Positions 22,901-37,900 of a stretch of 64,000 nucleotides of DNA are shown one piece after another (the first letter of the stretch is position 1; each line of letters starts with the position of its first letter). Source of the stretch: the human T2T-CHM13v2.0 reference genome, Homo sapiens; assembly GCF_009914755.1 (NCBI RefSeq), contig NC_060938.1. The stretch is one strand, 5' to 3'. The translations under genes were made by a program, and so were the position numbers. The notes under the pieces are model-generated. The model was not told the origin of the DNA. It saw only the letters and a program-made list of their open reading frames with translations, and did no database searches.

Positions 22901-25900
22901 CTTAGTGATGTAACAGCTGTGTAGGCTCGGCCTACTCGGGAATCTTGCCATATCTCTGCACTGTTAACCGAGGTGATTGAACTCTTGTCTAGGCTGTGCC
23001 CACAGGGGGATTGAGACATATCTCTGCACTGATCCCGAGGTGATCCAACTCTTGTCTGGTCTCTGCCTACTGGGGACATTGTGACATATCTCTACACTGA
23101 TCTCCCAGGTGCTGTAACTTTAGTCTAGGCTCTGGCTACACGGCATTGTGACATATGACTGCACTGATTACCCAGGCGATATAACTCTTGTCTCGGCTCT
23201 GCCTACAATGGTCTTGTGACATATCTCTGCACTGATCACCTAGGTGATATGTCTCTTCTCTAGGATCTGACCACAGGGTGCTTTGTTACATATCCCTGCA
23301 ATGATCACCCAGGGGATATACCACTTGCCAAATCTCTGCCTACAGGGGCATTGTAATATATCTCTGCACTGATCACCTAGGTCTTGTAACTCTTTTCTGG
23401 GATCTGCCTACAGGGTGCTTTGTGACGTATCCCAGCAAGGATTACCCAGGTGTTGTACCGCTCATCAAGGCTCTGCCTACAGGCACATTGCGATGTATCT
23501 CTGCACTGATCACCGAGGTCATGTAAATTTTGTCTAGGCTCTGCCAACGATGGCATTGTGACATATCTCTGCACTAATCATCCAAGTGATGTAACTCTTG
23601 TCTAGGATCTGCCTAAATTAACTTTGTGACATAACCCTGTACTGATCATCCAGGTGATGGGGCTTTTGTCTAGACTCTGCCTAAGGGGGCATTGTGACAT
23701 ATTTCTGCATTGAGCACCCAGGTGACGAACTCTTCTCTTGTATCTACCTATGGGGGCATTGTGACAAATCTCTGCACTGATCACCCAGGTGATGTAACTG
23801 TTGTGTAACCTCTGCCTACAGGGGAATTGCGAGAGATCTCGCCACTGATCAACCAAGTGATGTAACCATTGTCTAGGCTTTGCGTACAGGGGGCTTTGTG
23901 ACATTCCTTTGCACTGATCACCCAGGAGATGTAACACATCTAAGTTCGGCCTAAAGGAGCTTTGTGACATATCTCTGCACTGATCACTTAGGTGATGTAA
24001 CACTTTTATAAACACTGCCTACAGGGAATTTTGACAAATCTCTGCACTGATCACCTACGTGATGTAACTCTTCTCTACCCTCTGTCCAACGGGGCATTGT
24101 GAAATATCTCTGCACTGATCACCCAGGTGATTCAACTCTTGACTAGGATCTGCCTACAGAGGTTATTGTGAAATATCTCTGCACTGATAAATTAGGTGGT
24201 GTAAACCTTGTCCAAGCTCTGCCTACAGGGGTGTTTTCACATATCCCTGAACTGATGACAAAGGTGATGTAACTCTTGCCTAGGCTTTGCCTACAGGGGA
24301 CATTGGACATATATCTGCACTGACCACCCAGGTGATGCAACTCTTGCCTAGGCTTTGCCTAGAGGGGACATTGTGACATATCTCTGCACTGATCTCCCAG
24401 GTGCTGTAACTGTAGTCTAGGCTCTGGCTACACGGCATTGTGACATATCACTGCACTGATCACCCAGGTGATATAACACTTGACAAGGCTCTGCCTACAA
24501 TGGTCTTGTGACATATCTCTGCACTGATCACACAGGTGATATAACTCTTCTCTAGGATCTGCCTGCAGGGTGCTTTGTGACATATCCCTGCACTGATAAC
24601 CCAGGTGATCTAACCCTGGTCTAAGCTCTGCCTAAAGGGGCATTGTGACAGATCTCTGCACTGATCACTCAGGTGATGTAACTATTGTCTAGGCTCTGAT
24701 TAAAGGGGCCTTGTCACATATCTCTGCACTGATCACCCAGGTGATGTAACTCTTGTTTATGCTCTGCTTCCAGGGCATATTGTGACATATGTATGAACTG
24801 ATCACCTTAGTGATTTGACACTTGTGTAGGCTCCGCCTACAGGGGAATCATGACATATCTCTGCACTCTTAACCGAGGTGATTTAACACTTGTCTGGGCT
24901 GTGCCCACAGGGGGATTGAGACATATCTCTGCACTGATCCCGAGGTGATCAAAATCTTGCCTGGTCTCTGCCTACTGGGGACATTGTGACATATCTCTGC
25001 ACTGATCTCCCAGTTGCTGTAACTTTAGCGTAGGCTCTGGCTACACGGCATTGTGACATATTACTGCACTGATCACCCAGGCGATATAACTCTTGTCTAG
25101 GCTCTGCCTACGATGGTCTTGTGACATATCTTTCCACTGATTAGCCAGGTGATATAACTCTTCTCTAGAATCTGACCACAGGGTGCTTTGTGACATATCC
25201 CTTCAATGATCACCCAGGTGATATACCACTTGCCAAAGCTCTGCCTACAGGGGCATTGCAATGTATCTCTGCACTGATCACCTAGGTCTTGTAACTCTTT
25301 TCTAGGATCTGCCTACAGGGTGCTTTGTGAAATATCCCAGGAAGGATTACCCAGGTGATGTACCTCTCATCAAGGCTCTACCTACAGGCACCTTGCGATG
25401 TATCTCTCCACTGATCACCTAGGTCATGTAACTTTTGTCTAGGCCCTGCCTATGATGGCATTGTGACATATCTCTGCACAAATCATCCAAGTGATGTAAC
25501 TCTTGTCTAGGATCTGGCTGAATTAACTTTGTGACATAACCCTGTACTGATCCTCCAGGTGATGGGGCTTTTGTCTAGGCTCTGCCTAAGGGGGCATTGT
25601 GACAAATTTCTGCATTGATCACCCAGGTGATGTAACTGTTGTGTAACCTCAGCCTACAGGGGAATTGTGAGAGATCTCGCCACTGATCCCCCACGTGATG
25701 TAACCATTGCCTAGGCTTTGCATACAGGGGGCTTTGTGACATACATTTGCACTGATCACCCAGGTGATGTAACACATCTAAGTTCGGCATAAAGGAGCTT
25801 TGTGACATATCTCTGCACTGATCACTTAGGTGATGTAACACTTTTATAAGCACTGCCTACAGGGAATTTTGACAAATCTGTACACTGATCACCTAGGTGA

Positions 25901-28900
25901 TGTAACTCTTGTCTACCCTCTGTCCAACGGGGCATTGTGAAATATCTCTGCACTGATGACCCAGGTGATTCAACTCTTGACTAGGATCTGCCTACAGAGG
26001 TTATTGTGAAATATCTCTGCACTGATAAACAAGGTGGTGTAACCCTTGTCCAAGTTCTGCCTACAGGGGCGTTTTCACATATCCCTGAACTGATGACAAA
26101 GGTGATGTAACTCTTGCCTAGGCTTTGCCTACAGGGGACATTGGACATATATCTGCACTGATCACCCAGGTGATGCAACTCTTGCCTAGGCTTTGCCTAC
26201 AGGGGACATTGTGACATATCTCTTCAATGATCACCCATGTGATGCAACTCTTGCCTAGGCTTTGCCTACAGGGGACATTGTGACATATCTCTGCACTGAT
26301 TTCCCAGGTGCTGTAACTTTAGGCTAGGCTCTGGCTACACGGCATTGTGACATATCACTGCACTGATCAACCAGGTGATATAACCCCTGTATAGGCTCTG
26401 CCTACAGGGGGCTTGTGACATATCTCTGCACGGATCACCCAGGTGATATAGCTCTTCTCTAGTATCTGCCTACAGGGTGCTTTGTGACATATCCCTGCAC
26501 TGATCACCCAGGTGATCTAACTCTGGTCTAAGCTCTTCCTAAAGGGGCATTGTGACAGATCTCTGCACTGATCACTCAGGTGATGTAACTGTTGTCTAGG
26601 CTCTGCTTCAAGGGGCCTTGTCACAAATCTCTGCACTGATCACCCAGGTGATGTAACTCTTGTCTAGGCTCTGCTTCCAGGGCATATTGTGACATATCTA
26701 TGCACTGATCACCTTAGTGATGTAACACTTGTGTAGGCTCGGCCTACAGGGGAATCTTGACATATCTCTGCACTGTTAACCGAGGTGATTTGACTCTTCT
26801 CTAGGCTGTGCCCACAGGGGGATTGAGACATATCTCTGCACTGATCCCGAGGTGATCCAACTCTTGCCTGGTCTCTGCCTACTGGGGACATTGTGACATA
26901 TCTCTGCACTGATCTCCCTTGTGCTGCAACTTTAGTCTAGGCTCTGGCTACACGACATTGTGACATATCAGTGCACTGATCACATAGGTGATATAACTCT
27001 TGTCTAGGCTCTGCCTACAATGGTCTTGTGACATATCTCTGCACTGATCACCCAGGTGACATAACTATTCTCTAGGATCTGACCACAGGGTGCTTTGTGA
27101 CATATCCCTGCAATGATCACCCAGGTGATATACCACTTGCCAAGGCTCTGCCTACAGGGGCATTGCAATGTATCTCAGCACTGATCACCTAGGTCTTGGA
27201 ACTCTTTTCTAGGATCTGCCTACAGGGTGCTTTGTGACGTATCCCACCAAGGACTACCCAGGTGATGTACCGCTCATCAAGGCTCTGCCTACAGGCACAT
27301 TGCGATGTATCTCTGCACTGATCACCTAGGTCATGTAACCTTTGTCTAGTCTCTGCCTACGATGGCATTGTGACATATTTCTGCACTAATCATCCAAGTG
27401 ATGTAACACTTGTCTAGGATCTGCCTACATTAACTTTGTGACATAATCCTGTACTGATCATCCAGGTGATGGGGTTTTTGTCTAGGCTCTGCCTAAGGGG
27501 GCATTGTGGCATATTTCTGCATTGATCACCCAGGTGGCGAACTCTTCTCTTGGATCTGCCTATGGGGTTATTGTGACAAATCTCTGCACTGATCACCCAG
27601 GTGTCGTAACTGTTGTGTAACCTCTGCCTACAGGGGAATTGTGAGAGATCTCGCCACTGATCACCCAAGTGATGTAACCATTGTCTAGGCTTTGCGTACA
27701 GGGGCCTTTGTGACATACCTTTGCACTGATCACCCAGGTGATGTAACACTTCTAAGTTCGGCCTAAAGGAGCTTTGTGACATATCTCTGCACTGATCACT
27801 TAGGTGATGTAACACTTTTATAAGCACTAGCTACAGGGAATTTTGACAAATCTGTACACTGATCACCTAGGTGATGTAACTCTTGTCTACCCTCTGTCCA
27901 ACGGGGCATTGTGAAATATCTCTGCACTGATCACGCAGGTGATTCAACTCTTGACTAGGATCTGCCTACAGAGGTTATTGTGAAATATCTCTGCACTGAT
28001 AAACTAGGTGGTGTAACCCTTGTCCAAGTTCTGCCTACAGGGGCGTTTTCACATATACCTGAACTGATGACAAAGGTGATGTAACACTTGCCTAGGCTTT
28101 GCCTACAGGGGACATTGGACATATATCTGCACTGATCACCCAGGTGATGCAACTCTTGCCTAGGCTTTGCCTACAGGGGGATTGTGACATATCTCTTCAA
28201 TGATCACCCATGTGATGCAACTCTTGCCTAGGCTTTGCCTACAGGGGACATTGTGACATATCTCTGCACTGATTTCCCAGGTGCTGTAACTTTAGTCTAG
28301 GCTCTAGCTACACGGCATTGTGACATATCACTGCACTGATCAACCAGGTGATATAATTCCTGTATTGGCTCTGCCTACAGGGGGCTTCTGACATATCTCT
28401 GCACGGATCACCCAGGTGATATAGCTCTTCTCTAGGATCTGCCTCCAGGGTGCTTTGTGACATATCCCTGCACTGATCACCCAGGTGATCTAACACTTGT
28501 CTAAGCTCTTCCTAAAGGGGCATTGTGACAGATCTCTGCACTGATCACTCAGGTGACGTAACTGTTGTCTAGGCTCTGCTTCAAGGGGCCTTGTCACAAA
28601 TCTCTGCACTGATCACCCTGGTGATGTAACTCTTGTCTAGGCTCTGCTTCCAGGGCATATTGTGACATATCTATGTACTGATCACCTTAGTGATGTAACA
28701 CTTGTGTAGGCTCGGCCTACAGGGGAATCTTGACATATCTCTGCACTGTTAACCGAGGTGATTTAACTCTTCTCTAGGTTGTGCCCACAGGGGGATTGAG
28801 ACATATCTCTGCACTGATCCCGAGGTGATCCAACTCTTGCCTGGTCTCTGCCTACTGGGGACATTGTGACATATCTCTGCACTGATCTCCCTTGTGCTGC

Positions 28901-31900
28901 AACTTTAGTCTACGCTCTGGCTACACGACATTGTGACATATCAGTGCACTGATCACATAGGTGATATAACTCTTGTCTAGGCTCTGCCTAGAATGGTCTT
29001 GTGACATATCTCTGCACTGATCACCCAGGTGATATAACTATTCTCTAGGATCTGACCACAGGGTGCTTTGTGACATATCCCTGCAATGATCACCCAGGTG
29101 ATATACCACTTGCCAAGGCTCTGCCTATAGGGGCATTGCAATGTATCTCAGCACTGATCACCTAGGTCTTGTAACTCTTTTCTAGGATCTGCCTACAGGG
29201 TGCTTTGTGACGTATCCCACCAAGGATTACCCAGGTGATGTACCGCTCATCAAGGCTCTGCCTACAGGCACATTGCGATGTATCTCTGCACTGATCACCT
29301 AGGTCATGTAACCTTTGTCTAGTCTCTGCCTACGATGGCATTGTGACATATTTCTGCACTAATCATCCAAGTGATGTAACTCTTGTCTAAGATCTGCCTA
29401 CATTAACTTTGTGACATAATCCTGTACTGATCATCCAGGTGATGGGGTTTTTGTCTAGGCTCTGCCTAAGGGGGCATTGTGACATATTTCTGCATTGATC
29501 ACCCAGGTGGCGAACTCTTCTCTTGGATCTGCCTATGGGGGCATTGTGACAAATCTCTGCACTGATCACCCAGGTGTCGTAACTGCTGTGTAACCTCTGC
29601 CTACAGGGGAATTGTGAGAGATCTCGCCACTGATCACCCAAGTGATGTAACCATTGTCTAGGCTTTGCGTACAGGGGGTTTGTGACATACCTTTGCACTG
29701 ATCACCCAGGTGATGTAACACATCTAAGTTCGGCCTAAAGGAGCTTTGTGAGTTATCTCTGCACTGATCAACCAGGTGATATAACCCCTGTATATGCTCT
29801 GCCTACAGGGGACTTGTGACATATCTCTGCACGGATCACCCAGGTGATATAGCTCTTCTCTAGGATGTGCCTACAGGGTGCTTTGTGACATATCCCTGCA
29901 CTGATCACCCAGGTGATCTAACTCTGGTCTAAGCTCTTCCTAAAGGGGCATTGTGACAGATCTCTGCACTGATCACTCAGGTGATGTAACTGTTGTCTAG
30001 GCTCTGCTTCAAGGGGCCTTGTCACAAATCTCTGCACTGATCACCCAGGTGATGTAACTCTTTTCTAGGCTCTGCTTCCAGGGCATATTGTGACATATCT
30101 ATGCACTGATCACCTTAGGGATGTAACACTTGTGTAGGCTCGGCCTACAGGGGAATCTTGACATATCTCTGCACTGTTAACCGAGGTGATTTAACTCTTC
30201 TCCAGGCTGTGCCCACAGGGGGATTGAGACATATCTCTGCACTGATCCCGAGGTGATCCAACTCTTGCCTGGTCTCTGCCTACTGGGGACATTGTGACAT
30301 ATTTCTGCACTGATCTCCCTTGTGCTGCAACTTTAATCTATGCTCTGGCTACACGACATTGTGACATATCAGTGCACTGATCACATAGGTGATATAACTC
30401 TTGTCTAGGCTCTGCCTAGAATGGTCTTGTGACATATCTCTGCACTGATCACCCAGGTGATATAACTATTCTCTAGGATCTGACCACAGGGTGCTTTGTG
30501 ACATATCCCTGCAATGATCACCCAGGTGATATACCACTTGCCAAGGCTCTGCCTACAGGGGCATTGCAATGTATCTCAGCACTGATCATCTAGGTCTTGT
30601 AACTCTATTCTAGGATCTGCCTACAGGGTGCTTTGTGACGTATTCCAGCAAGGATTATCCAGGTGATGTACCGCTCATCAAGGCTCTGCCTACAGGCACA
30701 TTGCGATGTATCTCTGCACTGATCACCAAGGTCATGTAACCTTTGTCTAGTCTCTGCCTACGATGGCATTGTGACATATTTCTGCACTAATCATCCAAGT
30801 GATGTAACTCTTGTCTAGGATCTGCCTACATTAACTTTGTGACATAATCCTGTACTGATCATCCAGGTGATGGGGTTTTTGTCTAGGCTCTGCCTAAGGG
30901 GGCATTGTGACATATCTCTGCATTGATCAACCAGGTTCCGAACTCTTCTCTTGGATCTGCCTATGGGGGCATTGTGACAAATCTCTGCACTGATCACCCA
31001 GGTGTCGTAACTGTTGTGTAACCTCTGCCTACAGGGGAATTGTGAGAGATCTCGCCACTGATCACCCAAGTGATGTAACCATTGTCTAGGCTTTGCGTAC
31101 AGGGGGTTTGTGACATACCTTTGCACTGATCACCCAGGTGATGTAACACATCTAAGTTCGGCCTAAAGGAGCTTTGTGACTTATCTCTGCAGTGATCAAC
31201 CAGGTGATATAACCCCTGTATATGCTCTGCCTACAGGGGACTTGTGACATATCTCTGCACGGATCACCCAGGTGATATAGCTCTTCTCTAGGATGTGCCT
31301 ACAGGGTGCTTTGTGACATATCCCTGCACTGATCACCCAGGCGATCTAACTCTGGTCTAAGCTCTTCCTAAAGGGGCATTGTGACACATCTCTGCACTGA
31401 TCTCTCAGGTGATGTAACTGTTGTCTAGGCTCTGCTTCAAGGGGCCTTGTCACAAATCTCTGCACTGATCACCCAGGTGATGTAACTCTTGTCTAGGCTC
31501 TGCTTCCAGGGCATATTGTGACATATCTATGCACTGATCACCTTAGTGATGTAACACTTGTGTAGGCTCGGCCTACAGGGGAATCTTGACATATCTCTGC
31601 ACTGTTAACCGAGGTGATTTAACTCTTCTCTAGGCTGTGCCCACAGGGGGATTGAGACATATCTCTGCACTGATCCCGAGGTGATCCAACTCTTGCCTGG
31701 TCTCTGCCTACTGGGGACATTGTGACATATCTCTGCACTGATCTCCCTTGTGCTGCAACTTTAGTCTAGGCTCTGGCTACACGACATTGTGACATATCAG
31801 TGCACTGATCACATAGGTGATATAACTCTTGTCTAGGCTCTGCCTACAATGGTCTTGTGACATATCTCTACACTGATCACCCAGGTGACATAACTATTCT

Positions 31901-34900
31901 CTAGGATCTGACCACAGGGTGCTTTGTGACATACCCTGCAATGATCACCCAGGTGATATACCACTTGCCAGGGCTCTGCCTACAGGGGCATTGCAATGTA
32001 TCTCAGCACTGATCACCTAGGTCTTGGAACTCTTTTCTAGGATCTGCCTACAGGGTGCTTTGTGACGTATCCCAGCAAGGATTACCCAGGTGATGTACCG
32101 CTCATCAAGGCTCTGCCTACAGGCACATTGCGATGTATCTCTGTACTGATCACCTAGGTCATGTAACCTTTGTCTAGTCTCTGCCTACGATGGCATTGTG
32201 ACATATTTCTGCACTAATCATCCAAGTGATGTAACTCTTGTCTAGGATCTGCCTACATTAACTTTGTGACATAATCCTGTACTGATCATCCAGGTGATGG
32301 GGTTTTTGTCTAGGCGCTGCCTAAGGGGGCATTGTGACATATTTCTGCATTGATCACCAAGGTGGCGAACTCTTCTCTTGGATCTGCCTATGGGGGCATT
32401 GTGACAAATCTCTGCACTGATCACCCAGGTGTCGTAACTGTTGTGCAACCTCTGCCGACAGGGGAATTGTGAGAGATCTCGCCACTGATCACCCAAGTGA
32501 TGTAACCATTGTCTAGGCTTTGCGTACAGGGGGCTTTGTGACATACCTTTCACTGATCACCCAGGTGATGTAACACATCTAAGTTCGGCCTAAAGGAGCT
32601 TTGTGACATATCTCTGCACTGATCACTTAGGTGATGTAACACTTTTATAAGCACTGCCTACAGGGAATTTTGACAAATCTGTACACTGTTCACCTAGGTG
32701 ATGTAACTCTTGTCTACCCTCTGTCCAACGGGGCATTGTGAAATATCTCCGCACTGATGACCCAGGTGATTCAACTCTTGACTCGGATCTGCCTACAGAG
32801 GTTATTGTGAAATATCTCTGCACTGATAAACTAGCTGGTGTAACACTTGTCCAAGTTCTGCCTACAGGGGCGTTTTCACATATCCCTGAACTGATGACAA
32901 AGGTGATGTAAGTGTTGCCTAGGCTTTGCCTACAGGGGACATTGGACATATATCTGCACTGATCACCCAGGTGATGCAACTCTTGCCTAGGCTTTGCCTA
33001 CAGGGGACATTGTGACATATCTCTTCAATGATCACCCATGTGATGCAACTCTTGCCTAGGCTTTGCCTACAGGGGACATTGTGACATATCTCTGCACTGA
33101 TTTCCCAGGTGCTGTAACTTTAGGCTAGGCTCTGGCTACACGGTATTGTGACATATCACTGCACTGATCAACCAGGTGATATAACCCCTGTATAGGCTCT
33201 GCCTACAGGGGGCTTGTGACATATCTCTGCACGGATCACCCAGGTGATATAGCTCTTCTCTAGTATCTGCCTACAGGGTGCTTTGTGACATATCCCTGCA
33301 CTGATCACCCAGGTGATCTAACTCTGGTCTAAGCTCTTCCTAAAGGGGCATTGTGACACATCTCTGCACTGATCACTGAGGTGATGTAACTGTTGTCTAG
33401 GCTCTGCTTCAAGGGACCTTGTCACAAATCTCTGCACTGATCACCCAGGTGATGTAACTCTTGTCTAGGCTCTGCTTCCAGGGCACATTGTGACATATCT
33501 ATGCAATGATCACCTTAGTGATGTAACACTTGTGTAGGCTCGGCCTACAGGGGAATCTTGACATATCTCTGCACTGTTAACCGAGGTGATTTAACTCTTC
33601 TCTAGGCTGTGCCCTTAGGGGGATTGAGACATATCTCTGCACTGATCCCGAGGTGATCCAACTCTTGCCTGGTCTCTGCCTACTGGGGACATTGTGACAT
33701 ATCTCTGCACTGATCACCCAGGTGATATAACTATTCTCTAGGATCTGACCACAGGGTGTTTTGAGACATATCCCTGCAATGATCACCCAGGTGATATACC
33801 ACTTGCCAAGGCTCTGCCTACAGGGGCACTGCAATGTATCTCAGCACTGATCACCTAGGTCTTGTAACTCTTTTCTAGGATCTGCCTACCGGGTGCTTTG
33901 TGAAGTATCCCAGCAAGGATTACCGAGGTGATGTACCGCTCATCAAGGCTCTGCCTACAGGCACATTGCGATGTATCTCTGCACTGATCACCTAGGTCAT
34001 GTAACCTTTGTCTAGTCTCTGCCTACGATGGCATTGTGACATATTTCTGCACTAATCATCCAAGTGATGTAAGTCTTGTCTAGGATCTGCCTACATTAAC
34101 TTTGTGACATAATCCTGTACTGATCATCCAGGTGATGGGGTTTTTGTCTAGGCTCTGCCTAAGGGGGCATTGTGACATATTTCTGCATTGATCACCCAGG
34201 TGGCGAACTCTTCTCTTGGATCTGCCTATGGGGGCATTGTGACAAATCTCTGCACTGATCACCCAGGTGTCGTAACTGTTGTGTAACCTCTGCCTACAGG
34301 GGAATTGTGAGAGATCTCGCCACTGATCACCCAAGTGATGTAACCATTGTCTAGGCTTTGCGTACAGGGGTCTTTGTGACATACCTTTGCACTGATCACC
34401 CAGGTGATGTAACACATCTAAGTTCGGCCTAAAGGAGCTTTGTGACATATCTCTGCACTGATCACTTAGGTGATGTAACACTTTTATAAGCACTGCCTAC
34501 AGGGAATTTTGACAAATCTGTACACTGATCACCTAGGTGATGTAACTCTTGTCTACCCTCTGTCCAACGGGGCATTGTGAAATATCTCTGCACCGATGAC
34601 ACAGGTGATTCAACTCTTGACTAGGATCTGCCTACAGAGGTTATTGTGAAATATCTCTGCACTGATAAACTAGGTGGTGTAACCCTTGTCCAAGTTCTGC
34701 CTACAGGGGCGTTTTCACATATCCCTGAACTGATGACAAAGGTGATGTAACTCTTGCCTAGGCTTTGCCTACAGGGGACATTGGACATATATCTGCACTG
34801 ATCACCCAGGTGATGCAACTCTTGCCTAGGCTTTGCCTACTTGGGACATTGTGACATATATCTGCACTGATCACCCAGGTGATGCAACTCTTGCCTAGGC

Positions 34901-37900
34901 TTTGCCTACAGGGGACATTGTGACATATCTCTTCAATGATCACCCATGTGATGCAACTCTTGCCTAGGCTTTGCCTACAGGGATCATTGTGACATATCTC
35001 TGCACTGATTTCAAAGGTGCTGTAACTTTAGTCTAGTCTCTGGCTACACGGCATTGTGACATATCACTGCACTGATCAACCAGGTGATATAACTCCTGTA
35101 TATGCTCTGCCTACAGAGGGCTTGTGACATATCTCTGCACGGAACATCCAGGTGATATAGCTCTTCTCTAGGATGTGCCTACAGGGTGCTTTGTGACATA
35201 TCCCTGCACTGATCACCCAGGTGATCTAACTCTGGTCTAAGCTCTTCCTAAAGGGGCATTGTGACAGATCTGTGCACTGATCACTCAGGTGATGTAACTG
35301 TTGTCTAGGCTCTGCTTCAAGGGGCCTTGTCACAAATCTCTGCACTGATCACCCAGGTGATGTAACTCTTGTCTAGGCTCTGCTTCCAGGGCATATTGTG
35401 ACATATCTATGCACTGATCACCTTAGTGATGTAACACTTGTGTAGGCTCGGCCTACAGGGGAATCTTGACATATCTCTGCACTGTTAACCGAGGTGATTT
35501 GACTCTTCTCTAGGCTGTGCCCACAGGGGGATTGAGACATATCTCTGCACTGATCCCGAGGTGATCCAACTCTTGCCTGGTCTCTGCCTACTGGGGACAT
35601 TGTGACATATCTCTGCACTGATCACCCAGGTGATATAACTATTCTCTAGGATCTGACCACAGGGTGCTTTGTGACATATCCCTGCAATGATCACCCAGGT
35701 GATATACCACTTGCCAAGGCTCTGCCTACAGGGGCATTGCAATGTATCTCAGCACTGATCACCTAGGTCTTGTAACTCTTTTCTAGGATCTGCCTACAGG
35801 GTGCTTTGTGATGTATCCCAGCAAGGATTACCCAGGTGACGTACCGCTCATCAAGGCTCTGCCTACAGGCACATTGCGATGTATCTCTGCACTGATCACC
35901 TAGGTCATGTAACCTTTGTCTAGTCTCTGCCTACGATGGCATTGTGACATATTTCTGCACTAATCATCCAAGTGATGTAAGTCTTGTCTAGGATCTGCCT
36001 ACATTAACTTTGTGACATAATCCTGTACTGATCATCCAGGTGATGGGGTCTTTGTCTAGGCTCTGCCTAAGGGGGCATTGTGACATATTTCTGCATTGAT
36101 CACCCAGGTGGCGAACTCTTCTCTTGGATCTGCCTATGGGGGCATTGTGACAAATCTCTGCACTGATCACCCAGGTGTCGTAACTGTTGTGTAACGTCTG
36201 CCTACAGGGGAATTGTGAGAGATCTCACCACTGATCACCCAAGTGATGTAACCATTGTCTAGGCTTTGCGTACAGGGGTCTTTGTGGCATACCTTTGCTC
36301 TGATCACCCAGGTGATGTAACACATCTAAGTTCGGCCTAAAGGAGCTTTGTGACATATCTATGCACTGATCACTTAGGTGATGTAACACTTTTATAAGCA
36401 CTGCCTACAGGGAATTTTTTGACAAATCTGTACACTGATCACCTAGGTGATGTAACTCTTGTCTACCCTCTGTCCAACGGGGCATTGTGAAATATCTCTG
36501 CACCGATGACACAGGTGATTCAACTCTTGACTAGGATCTGCCTACAGAGGTTATTGTGAAATATCTCTGCACTGATAAACTAGGTTGTGTAACCCTTGTC
36601 CAAGTTCTGCCTACAGGGGCGTTTTCACATATCCCTGAACTGATGACAAAGGTGATGTAACTCTTGCCTAGGCTTTGCCTACAGGGGACATTGGACATAT
36701 ATCTGCACTGATCACCCAGGTGATGCAACTCTTGCCTAGGCTTTGCCTACAGGGGACATTGTGACATATCTCTTCAATGATCACCCATGTGATGCAACTC
36801 TTGCCTAGGCTTTGCCTACAGGGATCATTGTGACATATCTCTGCACTGATTTCAAAGGTGCTGTAACTTTAGTCTAGGCCCTGGCTACACGGCATTGTGA
36901 CATATCACTGCACTGATCAACCAGGTGATATAACCCCTGTACAGGCTCTGCCTACAGGGGGCTTGTGACATATCTCTGCACGGATCACCCAGGTGATATA
37001 GCTCTTCTCTAGTATCTGCCTACAGGGTGCATTGTGACATATCCCTGCACTGATCACCCAGGTGATCTAACTCTGGTCTAAGCTCTTCCTAAAGGGGCAT
37101 TGTGACAGATCTGTGCACTGATCACTCAGGTGATGTAACTGTTGTCTAGGCTCTGCTTCAAGGGGCCTTGTCACAAATCTCTGCACTGATCACCCAGGTG
37201 ATGTAACTCTTGTCTAGGCTCTGCTTCCAGGGCATATTGTGACATATCTATGCACTGATCACCTTAGTGATGTAACACTTGTGTAGGCTCGGCCTACAGG
37301 GGAATCTTGACATATCTCTGCACTGTTAACCGAGGTGATTTAACTCTTCTCTAGGCTGTGCCCACAGGGGGATTGAGACATATCTCTGCACTGATCCCGA
37401 GGTGATCCAACTCTTGCCTGGTCTCTGCCTACTGGGGACATTGTGACATATCTCTGCACTGATCTCCCTTGTGCTGCAACTTTAGTCTAGGCTCTGGCTA
37501 CACGACATTGTGACATATCAGTGCACTGATCACATAGGTGATATAACTCTTGTCTAGGCTCTGCCTACAATGGTCTTGTGACATATCTCTGCACTGATCA
37601 CCCAGGTGATATAACTATTCTCTAGGATCTGACCACAGGGTGCTTTGTGACATATCCCTGCAATGATCACCCAGGTGATATACCACTTGCCAAGGCTCTG
37701 CCTACAGGGGCATTGCAATGTATCTCAGCACTGATCACCTAGGTCTTGTAACTCTTTTCTAGGATCTGCCTACAGGGTGCTTTGTGACGTATCCCACCAA
37801 GGATTACCCAGGTGATGTACCGCTCATCAAGGCTCTGCCTACAGGCACATTGCGATATATCTCTACACTGATCACCTAGGTCATGTAACTTTTGTCTAGT

